From Octopus sinensis (lineage: Eukaryota), in assembly GCF_006345805.1 (NCBI RefSeq), contig NC_042999.1, positions 130,200,001 to 130,264,000 on the forward strand: DNA of 64,000 nucleotides, given 5' to 3'. Below are positions 13,009 through 22,838 of the stretch, piece after piece. Under the pieces are notes generated by a model. That model saw only the letters and a program-made list of their open reading frames with translations, had not been told where the DNA came from and ran no database searches. Within the stretch, counting starts at the first letter, position 1. Each line of letters opens with the position of its first letter. The translations under genes were made by a program, and so were the position numbers.

Positions 13009-13423
13009 CGGGGGAATGAATAATAAAGGCTTTCAACAAGCAATATACACTCTTTGGTAATAATTCAACAATGTTAACAATTCAGTATAACAGATAAGAT
13101 AACAAGGTATCAACAAGGTAGTCAGAATGAAACACAACTCACAAGTGGAAACACACACAAAACCAAACCCAAAAAACGGGGGTGGGGGGTGATAGTTAAA
13201 ATGTTTGTGAAGCATTGTTCTAGAGATAAACAAATTCTATATTGTATTGCTTATATTCATTCATATGATAAGGTAATGTTTCTTCTATTTTCTATCAGGT
13301 ACAATCGTTAACTTTTTCGAACTTTCATCATACTCTTTTAGTGTTCGATGTAAATCGTAGGACAAAGGTTCGAATTCTGTTGGTGTTCAGTATTCTCTAC
13401 AGCATTAACCTTCCGTATAAAGA

Positions 13424-13633
13424 AGGCGGCGAGCTGGCGGAATCGTTAGCACGCCGGGGAAAATGCTAAGAAGCATTTCCTCCGTCCTTACGTTCCGATT
13501 CTAAATTCCGCCAAGGTCGACTTTGCCTTCCATCCTTTCGGAGTCGATAAAATAAGTATCAGTTGAACACTGGGGTCGATGAAATGACTTAGCCCCTTCC
13601 CCGATATTGCAGCCTTGTGTCAAAATTTGAAAC
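13424..13633 (+). mobile_element. tRNA-derived SINE, family B (Meta/Sauria-like central domain)
   Basis: AGGCGGCGAGCTGGCGGAATCGTTAGC head; GGTCGACTTTGCCTTCCATCCTTTCGGAGTCGATAAAATAAGTATCAG body; many paralogues in window. Confidence 0.9.
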
Positions 13634-15104
13634 AGATCTTCCATGTAAAGAATAGTGTTAAGGGTTTACATTTAGATAAAGTTTAGTATTCTCTGTTAAT
13701 TCTATTCCCCTCATCAGCAAGAGCACATTTCAGCATCGTCGGCACAGTTCACGGCCAATTCTATTTATTGTAGTGAATTCAACACTAGAATTGATCTATT
13801 GATTCATTTTGTATGAATACTTCTTTCAGACATGTGCGCAATGTCACAAATCTTGGCAGAGAGAGTGGGTGTAGGGGTGTAGTAGCATATAGCGGTATTG
13901 ATTTAAATGACCCCACGTTGTACATTACTAGTACGTATCCAAGCTAACGAGGAAACTACTCGCCTTGCTACGAATAGAAGCCGAATCTCTTCAAACCACA
14001 CCCTACTGTCTTACAACAGGAAGGGCACGTTGGATAATGCAACTCCAGATAAACGAAAAGGAGCGATGTTTCGTATGTAATCCAGTTTTTCCAAAACTAC
14101 TGAAGTCGGCAGAGATCGTCGTTTGCTGGAAATTTGATAAATAAAAAAAAATGTTTTCTTAAAAGTCAAACAGAAGTTATATAAATTTGATGTAACAAAA
14201 TGGTATTTGTAAGATCTGAATTTTGTAAATTGTTTTTGCTTTATTTCATTATAATTGGTTTAATTATAAGGTAAAATATAATAATTAGACAACATAATAC
14301 TTTTGAAAGAATTTAGCAAATAGCGTAAACAGTTTTCGCCAATCTCAGGAGGATTGCCGATACACCTTATAATATGCATTTATGAAATAGTTATTATACC
14401 AGTTAGCTATAGTTCCTCGACGGACACCGACTAGGTCCAAAACTTGTTTGCAGTTAGCAGCTGCCCATCAATAAGTAAGCTTTACGTGGTAAGACAATAG
14501 CATATGGGACCAAGAGAAGAAAAAAATTGTCCAATACTTTGATAATACCTGCATCTACAATACCTCCAAGCTTTTGCATCTGAACATGTGTGGTGATTAA
14601 CCAAACATATTGGTTCATTACAGCAAACCGCTGAATTATGTATTTGTCCCAACGATGCTTGAAAGTTAATGATATATATCATGTACGACATAATTCTTAC
14701 CAGTTAACCAAACTTTCAGTTTCAAAGATAAACATTTTAAAGAAAAACATTCATCTCATTGCCGAATTTAGTCGAGTACTACTGAGCATTGTTTTATTTT
14801 CATTTTATTATGATGAATTTTGCTGACTTAAGTAGTTTCACTCTTAGGATCACAAAAAACGAAGCACCGCCATGAAAATATAACATGGCCAGAACTGAAA
14901 TGTCATTGATAAAGGGTTTTGCTTGACCAGGACTTACCTGGGGACAAAACAACAACAAATAGTACTTATATTATCGATCTAGTTCGATGAAAAGCAATCC
15001 AGTTCTGGAAATTAAAACATACTGGAAAGTAGCTAAATATCACAAGGTGTTTTGTCCAATGCTCTACCGATTCTGCTATATACGATCATATATTGATAAT
15101 AATA

Positions 15105-15270
15105 TTTTCTATCAGAGGCACAAAGGCCACACATTTTAAAGGGAAGGGATAATTAATTATATTGATTTCCATTAACTGATACTTATTTTATCGACTACGC
15201 ATCGATCTCGGCAGGATTTGAACTCTAAATGTAAAGAAAGGAAAGTAAATACCGCAAGGTATTCTGCCTG
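15105..15270 (-). mobile_element. family B SINE, diverged
   Basis: GATTTGAACTC (B box, reverse), TTTTATCGAC, AGGCACAAAGGCC tail. Confidence 0.65.
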
Positions 15271-16039
15271 ACCATCTAAATATTATCTAATGCATCATAT
15301 CTCTTAAAATACCAAGTTTGGATCCTATAAATTTAATTCAGAATGTAAAGTAGAAACATTTATTTTGCTTGATAGTCGATATTAAATACTTTGAGTTTTA
15401 ATTTTTCATAGTTAAATTTATCAAAATACCCAACAGCTATATTATTATTAGTTTAGTTCAGTTTAATGGGGTTGTTAACGCGTGACTGCAATGATTGAGT
15501 TTCGCAATAATTGATTTAGCCATCATAGAAATAATGTCTCAAAATCGAAAAAATAAATGAAGAAACACATCGTAAACAAAATCTGAAGAACAGGTGAACT
15601 TTGAAAATACACTGGATTTTATAGCTTTGTCATATAATTTGTATGAATGTTAAACTGAAATCTCTTGTACAACGAAGTGATTTCGGATTTGGATTTGAAG
15701 CTAGAATAGAGCTAAAATCAATTAGTCCATGAAGCACGTCAGTTAGCGGTACCATTTGGAGGTGAATACACCTAAATGGTATTAAAATGTTTATAGTGTC
15801 ACTATGAGTGTAAAACAATGTGGTAGCTCTTTCAGCTCGGTAGCTTTGTTTTTTTTTTTGTTTTTTTTTTTTGCAGATTTATGAAATTTCACCAATACTC
15901 ATACTGAAGTACTTCTGTGCATGATGACTCCAACACATATGACATCGTTCATATATCTAGCAGAAATTAAAACTCCATTTCGTCTCTAATGACCACAGAC
16001 TGGATTAGGAGCTGCGAGAATTAAAGACAATTCTGTCTG

Positions 16040-17550
16040 GGGATTCTCTAGCCACAGCAGCTGTGCAGCTAAGACAACAAATAAAGAAACAAGATCTCAG
16101 TCAAACATGACCACCAAGCACCGATCAAAATGTCATTCCCGACACTGCTACCAAATTTCTCTATTCCTTGTTGACTGGGGAAAACCAGTGTACAATTCTC
16201 ACAGAAAGGGTCAAGCGTCTTGCTACTTCTTTTGGAAGTGACCTGGTGTTTGCTGTTACCTGTGGCAAAACAAAGCCACCGAAGCACATACTTCTGCCAT
16301 ATGCTGTGAAGTCTCTTACAGGAAACACCGAATTGATACGGACACTGAATCGCTTTGGACACAGCCTTTCTTACTCACAGATTGAAGGGATTGACACAGC
16401 CCTTTACGTTCAGAAGTTGGAAGTTTCGGAAGATGGCACATCACTACCCGGAAACATCTACCCAGGTGTATTCACAACTGTAACTTGGGACAATATTGAC
16501 CGCCTTGAAGAGACTCTTAGTGGTAGAGGCACCTCCCACAGAGTCAACGGCTTCGCCGTCCAGCCTAAAGTTTCAGGGCTCATGCCACAAAATGTTGTGT
16601 CTATAGTTACCAATTCCAAGAAAAGAAGCATTAGTTCTCCTCCATTGTTGCTACAGATTTATAATGATGGGCAGCGAGTTAGACCACCCATAACTGAGAC
16701 ACTAGAAACCAACAGTGACCAACAGGTCGAAAATGCAAAAAGAAAGAACCATGTTTGGCTTTTGACTCGGATGTCTGACCCAGGGAACCAGACAACAAGC
16801 AGTAAGACAGGATTCAACATCCAGACTCGCAAGGATGTCACAGTTATCTAGGACACAGTGAGATACCTGCCAACTATAAATGCTCCTGCAACAGACATGT
16901 CCACTGTGAATAAAGTACTGGAACAAACTACTCGAATCATGGATTCCTTGCAGCTCAGCAAGATAGTTTGTGTTTGACTAAGTACTGTATGCCAAGGAAG
17001 CTAAAGTAGTGTGGAAAAAAGACAAGTATAGAAACATAATCATCAGAATGGGAGTTTTCCACATAATTAGTAACCTCCTTTCTATTCAAGATTCAAGGCT
17101 CAGGGATAGTGTGTTAAAATCAGGTGTCACAGCAGATTGATCAGTGGCTGGGATCATGGAAGGTAGCATGTACAAACTTGTGTATGAAATATTAATGAGG
17201 CTTGCCTGGAAAGGGTTCTCCCATTGATAGAGGATAATCATGCAGAAGATGTGCCTCACCTAGCGGAAACATTGAAGGTCATAGTCAACTTTCAAAGCAG
17301 TGCCAACCAGATGTCCTTCCAAGAGGTTCTTGGAAATGAGTCCTGCACAAGGATCTTGGAGCTGTTTTAGACCTACCCCGAATCCCTTAGATGCGTGTAG
17401 TCTATCGGCTTTATGGTTGTCCTACATAGACATGGTGGAGATTATGCTTGGCTTAATACGAGCTTCCAGAGAAGGTGACTGGATCCTCCCGCTTGCATCC
17501 ATCCGAAAGATGATCCCATGGTGTTTTGTCTATGAGAAGGTGAACTAGGG
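16040..17550 (+). mobile_element. Academ-like DNA transposon transposase remnant
   Basis: Manual translation: AVQLRQQIK..*PP, KPPKHILLPYAVKSLTGNTEL..LNRFGHSLSYS, TTVTWDNIDRLEETLSGRGTSHRVNG, LPTINAPATDMSTV, RMGVFH, LIRASREGDW..LASIRKMIPWCF..KVN; motif order matches my recollection of Academ transposases. Multiple stops and deletions. Confidence 0.7.
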
Positions 17551-18699
17551 TCAACTCACATATTGTGTTCAAAACCAGGACATATTAAGTAATGATGTTG
17601 CCAAGAAGATAGATGGATTGGTCACGACTGCAAAGTTTTTGATCAGTGATTAGGTGGATCCGTACGTACTGTGGATGAAAACAACAAGAAACTTCACAGA
17701 TGTTGCAGTAATGTTAGTATAAGCTTCACTAATGAGGTCAAATATATTGAAACATACCTGAAATTTCCACAGTACTGCTAAAGATCAAATTTATTCCTCT
17801 CAGTATTCCATATTTAATAAATTGTAATTAAGATTAATTAATTAAAATCATGCTCCCCTGCCTTTTTTGACTAAAATTAGTATTTAGGGAGTAGTTCTCA
17901 TTTCTAAACATGTAATTTTTAAAATTAACATTTCTTCATTTACTACATCGAATAAGTTATCCAGCTTACTATTACATTTTTCATGCATTAGGCGTCTATA
18001 GGTGTTTCTCCTCCCCAACCAGACATTCTTGTATACATATAGTTCATTATATTTCAATAATTATCTGGTTTTAAATTGGATGATTTTTGATAGATCATAA
18101 AATTATCTTTCTAATGTTTCTATTGAAATACAATTAGTTGCGCTTGGGAATTTTTGTAATATCAAAATATCTAATTGAATACTGGCTGTAATCATAAAGA
18201 TATCCATTTAATTTGAGAGTTGAAATAAGCAGGCCAAATAGATTTGAAACATTTAAAGAAATACTCTCATTACTGATTTACACACACACAACTATTCACT
18301 TAATATGCTGTTTATACATTTTCTAATATAATGATGTCTGAACAGACGTATTAGCAATTTTTCCTTGGCACAATGTACTTCAGCTATATTATCAATGTAC
18401 CCTTCCTTTTTTAATACAGTAGGGTGTAACATTAGGGAGATTTGACTGCTATTTCTAGCAGATCTTGATCTGAGGTTGACTTTACCTTACACCTTTCCAT
18501 TGTCAATAAAATAAGTCTCAATGAAATGAGTACTGGGTTTGATTTAATCGTCCGCATCTTACTATGAGATGTATGGCCTTTGCCCACGCCAGAGATCGAT
18601 GTTATATTTGAAGATAGAAAAGAAGTGTTCATGGCTTTACAACCTCTCTCTATTCTTGTAAGATTCATGCAACTGATTTTCAGTTAGATTTTCTGCCGC

Positions 18700-18930
18700 T
18701 TGATGTCCATATGAAAACTGTAGATAGGGAGTTCCAGATGGATACATGTAGTTCTGGAGATTAAGTGAAATCTAGTAGAAACGACAATGGGAAGCAAAAT
18801 TAATCAAATTCATTTTAGAAGTGTGCAGCTTGTTAGTTTACAAGCTTAAGAACTGTTGCAATATCAGAAGAGGAAACAGAGGGAGGATACAATGCATCGA
18901 AGGGATCGTGGTTGAAGTGTGCTGTAATGT
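18700..18930 (+). mobile_element. possible very old RTE-like LINE 3' fragment
   Basis: Only weak resemblance (NLVE.RQ.., SLKNC..WEDT-like words across frameshifts). Confidence 0.25.
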
Positions 18931-19886
18931 GAAGGTTTGTCAGTTTAACTAACTGACAAACTTTCACCATTTAATAGCTACTTTTGGGTGATGCAGTCTA
19001 CAATTTTCAAGTGTTTAGCAAACTGCAACGTTTCATTGAGTGCACTTTTAAAGTGCTCAGAGTAGAAGTAACCTTGTCTTCTTTGGGATGCGGCTTAAGT
19101 AACGTTGTAGGTATGTGGCGCCTTGGGAGAGTGGTGAAATTTGAAACCGTTTAGCCTTTTAACTTTTCTTGTTTCAAGTAATTTATAATTTCCTGGCTTT
19201 ATTTTTCATGCATTTTTGCTTTATATTTCCATTGGTTCTTTCACTGATTGTCTTCAGGTGTCGTTTTCCTATATATAAATTCAATCCTAAAACAACCAGC
19301 TGATTGAAACCAAATGTTGAAGACACACGAATAACGAAGTTAACAGTACATAAATTCTAAATTATTTCTACGGTATCTGTTCTCAAATATCCGGATACGT
19401 AATCTAATTTCGCTTTTGAAAGACAATTCGACGCCAAACACAGAAGTGTCAGGTTCATTATTTTTCTTTCTATATTAAAGACAATTTCGTAGAATATTGT
19501 GCATGGTGTCATTTTAAATGCAGTACATTCAGAGTAGCTGCTGAATAAATTATTTTTCGCTAAATCATTTGAGTAATATATTTCAATAAATTTCTTTTTA
19601 TTTTATTTTATGGCTACAGAACAATTTGATTTCAACTCTATTTGAAATAAAGAAGGTATTTATGGCGTTATAGCAACTAAGTACGGTCTTAGTAGGACAT
19701 TTTGTCATTCTTATAGTAATAGAGCTTTAGTTGGTCATCCCATTCAAAGGGATGTTACTGGTGTTTTGTCTTTGCAAGGATAACTAAAATACCTCTCAGC
19801 TCACATTCGAACCACCTCTTATTTTTTTTGTATCACTACTCATATTTGTAATCAATATTTTATTATTATTTTTTGTTCTCTGGCAG

Positions 19887-20042
19887 CTGCGTCTCGTCAA
19901 AAAGATGGACAGAAAACTGTTCCTCATCAATCTTCTAATCTCTTATGTTTCGTTACTACATTACACTCTGGGATATTGCTTCAACTGATAAGATAAATGG
20001 TATTATTAATCAGGCTCTAGCGAGTGAATGAGTTTCCTTCCT
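19887..20042 (+). other. candidate exon containing a 27-codon signal-peptide-like ORF (19905-19988)
   Basis: Acceptor TTTTTTGTTCTCTGGCAG, donor CT|GTAAGT at 20043, downstream branch-like GCTAAT and acceptor TTTTTTTTCTTCAG (20218), AATAAA signals about 20320-20380. ORF MDRKLFLINLLISYVSLLHYTLGYCFN*. Confidence 0.3.
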
Positions 20043-21227
20043 GTAAGTAAAAGCAAGGATTTAAAGTCTGAAGCTATTAATAGCCAAACTATCCTGGGCG
20101 ATTTCTCCATACTTTTTGTAGGAAAGGAATCAATGATATCATACAACACACAAGTTCCTATTATTTGAATTTTATGCATAATTTTATCTGTAGCTAATGA
20201 TTACTTTTTTTTCTTCAGTTCCATGCATAACTTGACTGCAGTTTTCATTATCAAAATTCACATATTTCCCAATGCCTTTACCCGACACTGAACCCTAAAT
20301 GTAGGAAATTATAATTAACGAAATAAAATTTCTTAAGTCAATAAAGAAACAAACATAAATAGCTAGATAAAGGAATAAAGACACGAAATTTGTTTCTCTT
20401 TCGTGATTTGAGTTGGGAGCGTAGGAATGACGTTTAGGAACGTGCTACAATTTAAACAAAGTAAAGACGCGCGTAGCAATATCAACAAAAGCGAACTTCT
20501 ATATTTTGAAATATTTTTCGTTACTCACGAAAATGGAGGTACTCTTACACAGGTAAAAAATCAAATAATCTTATTATTTAGATTTACTGACTGATAACCA
20601 TTTTTCATTATATTCCGTTCAGTAATGATTACAGCATTCGTTCTCTGTCTATTTTCTGTTTCATCGATATAAGGAATACCGAGAAAAGTCTGTTTCTTTT
20701 TAACTCCTTATTAACCCGCATAGTTTCTGTATATCTACATTTTAAAAATATGCTATTTTAATTTCCAAATCAAATTATTAATATACTTATTCGCAAGAAA
20801 CAGTTACAAATAAAACATAATTTTTGTTCTAACCTTTTCCATACTCGCATCCAGCTTGAACTATATGTTGATGAGGCAGACTGTGGTATCTATTATAATA
20901 GATATCCTGTAAGAAAACCTAAAGTCGGTTCCTATTCAATATGTTGAATTATTGTAAAATGTTGTAATGCAAGGATATATTAATAGTCAATCGGACGAAT
21001 CTTCTTCACAACTGTTTGCTTTAATATTTACGTTATACATATTACCCGAGTGAATAAAGTACTGGGTTCATAGGTCGTGAGTTCATTCCCCGTACTGTTA
21101 TTTTTATTGTTGCTTAACCCTTGTCCGTTCTCAAAGTTGTTTATTACTGACCATCTCCTCTTCTTTTTTTCAGGCATACATTATCCAATATGTAACTCGT
21201 TGATGAGTTACAAATAATGTTTTAACT

Positions 21228-21490
21228 GTTCTATATTTAAGAGATGAGGAATTATGTTCATTATTTACAATTGACGGAGATTTGTCCTCATCTTGTTTGT
21301 TGTTAACACAATATTTCGGCTGATACACCCTCCAGCCTTCATCAGGTGTCTTGGGGAAATTTCGAATCTGGGTTCTCATTCCTAAGGTATTTTCCGATGT
21401 GATTATTATTGTTGTTGTTATTATTCAGGTCACTGCCTGGAATCGAACTCGGAATCTTGGAGTCAGTAGCCCGCGCTCTTAACCACTACG
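21228..21490 (-). mobile_element. tRNA-headed SINE with Penelope-type hammerhead tail (family C), left arm of inverted pair
   Basis: Reverse: CGTAGTGGTTAAGAGCGCGGG..GAGTTCGATTCCAGGCAGTGACC, (AAT)n linker, CCAAGACACCTGATGAAGGCTGGAGGGTGTATCAGCCGAAATATTGTGTT, end AATTCCTCATCTCTTAAATATAGAAC. Confidence 0.9.
21305..21350 (-). ncRNA. minimal type I hammerhead ribozyme motif with intact core
   Basis: Stem I GACAC/GTGTT, CTGATGA, stem II GGCTG...CAGCC, GAAA, palindromic AATATT in place of stem III, cleavage triplet ATT. Confidence 0.75.
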
Positions 21491-21560
21491 GGCATATGGC
21501 GTAGTGGTTAAGAGTGCCATCTACTAACCCCAAGATTCCGAGTTCGATTCTAGGCAGTGA

Positions 21561-21596
<36 letters not shown>

Positions 21597-21734
21597 CTTC
21601 GAAAAATACCTTAGGAATGAGAACCCTGGTTCGAAATTTCCCCAAGACACCTGATGAAGGCTGGAGGGTATATCAGCCAAAACGTTGTGTTAACAACAAA
21701 CAAGATGACAAATATCCGTCAATTGTAAATAATG
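21491..21734 (+). mobile_element. family C SINE, right arm of inverted pair (3' truncated; hammerhead GAAA mutated to AAAA)
   Basis: A box TGGCGTAGTGG, B box GAGTTCGATTC, hammerhead-like 21646-21691 with AACGTT palindrome. Confidence 0.9.
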
Positions 21735-22092
21735 TTTTAAATCTAAATAACATTATTTCAGTCCACTTGGTTTCTTGGCTTTCAAAAGCGTATAAATAGT
21801 TTTGGCGTTTTCTTTTAAATATTCTCATGTCTGGAGAAAAAGTGCACTCCTCATATCATGCGGTGAGTCCCTTTAGATTTGAATGAAGTTTGTGGAGTTA
21901 AGAGATTGCTGTGGGTTAATATAGACATTAAGAAGTTACGGAATTGTGTAAACAGGAGCTGAAGTTATATTAGATGATTTTTTTCGGAACATCACATTAA
22001 ATGTGATGTTTTGTATGTGCGTGAATTTATAATGACGAAGGAAGGAAGTCTAGAAGACACATTAGATAAAATTTAGTTATAGTCGTTATTCT

Positions 22093-22838
22093 TTTCTACT
22101 CTAGGCACAAGGCCCAATATTTTTGGGGAGGGGGCCAATCGATTAGATCGACCCCAGTACGCAACTGGTATTTAATTTAAAGGTAAAGTCGACCTCGGCG
22201 GAATTTGAACTCAGAACGTAGCGGCAGACGAAATACCTATTTCTTTACTACCCACAAGGGGCTAAACACAGAGGGGACAAACAAGGGCAGACAAACGGAT
22301 TAAGTCGATTACATCGACCCCAGTGCGTAACTGGTACTTATTTAATCGACCCCGAAAGGATGAAAGGCAAAGTCGACCTCGGCGGAATTTGAACTCAGAA
22401 CGTAGCGGCAGACGAAATACGTATTTCTTTACTACCCACAAGGGGCTAAACACAGAGGGGACAAACAAGGGCAGACAAACGGATTAAGTCGATTACATCG
22501 ACCCCAGTGCGTAACTGGTACTTATTTAATCGACCCCGAAAGGATGAAAGGCAAAGTCGACCTCGGCGGAATTTGAACTCAGAACGTAGCGGCAGACGAA
22601 ATACGTATTTCTTTACTACCCACAAGGGGCTAAACACAGAGGGGACAAACAAGGACAGACAAACGGATTAAGTCGATTACATCGACCTCAGTGCGTAACT
22701 GGTACTTATTTAATCGACCCCGAAAGGATGAAAGGCAAAGTCGACCTCGGCGGAATTTGAACTCAGAACGTAACGGGAGACGCAATACGGCTACGCATTT
22801 CGCCCGGCGTGCTAACGTTTCTGCCAGCTCGCCGTCTT
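22093..22838 (-). mobile_element. family B SINE array: head + three 184-bp units with Tx1-like tail + host body with ordinary tail
   Basis: Unit boundaries at 22236/7, 22420/1, 22604/5, 22788/9; two central units give identical 68-aa pseudo-ORFs in the track. Confidence 0.95.

Larger units (their letters stand above)
11008..13189 (-). mobile_element. Tx1/L1-clade non-LTR retrotransposon, both ends present, internally deleted, 14-bp TSD
   Basis: TSD TGATAGTTAAAATG at 10994-11007 and 13190-13203; 5' UTR, ORF1 with CCHC knuckle, RT with SVRQGC and YADD, 3' end GTGGGCAATAAAGAAT. Confidence 0.93.

Noticed and set aside
15285-15325. Left TIR of the Academ-like element (CTAATGCAT match to the reverse of 17985-17993)
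   Set aside because: Only a 9-bp exact match, terminal TAG missing and no TSD.
21491-21565. tRNA gene (also heads at 25587, 39300, 39590, 62916)
   Set aside because: A and B boxes are present but no complete cloverleaf/acceptor stem; each runs into a SINE body.
22237-22788. CRISPR-like or satellite interpretation of the regular repeats (also 10839-10930)
   Set aside because: Units are contiguous SINE-derived sequence without unique spacers; eukaryotic context; no cas genes.
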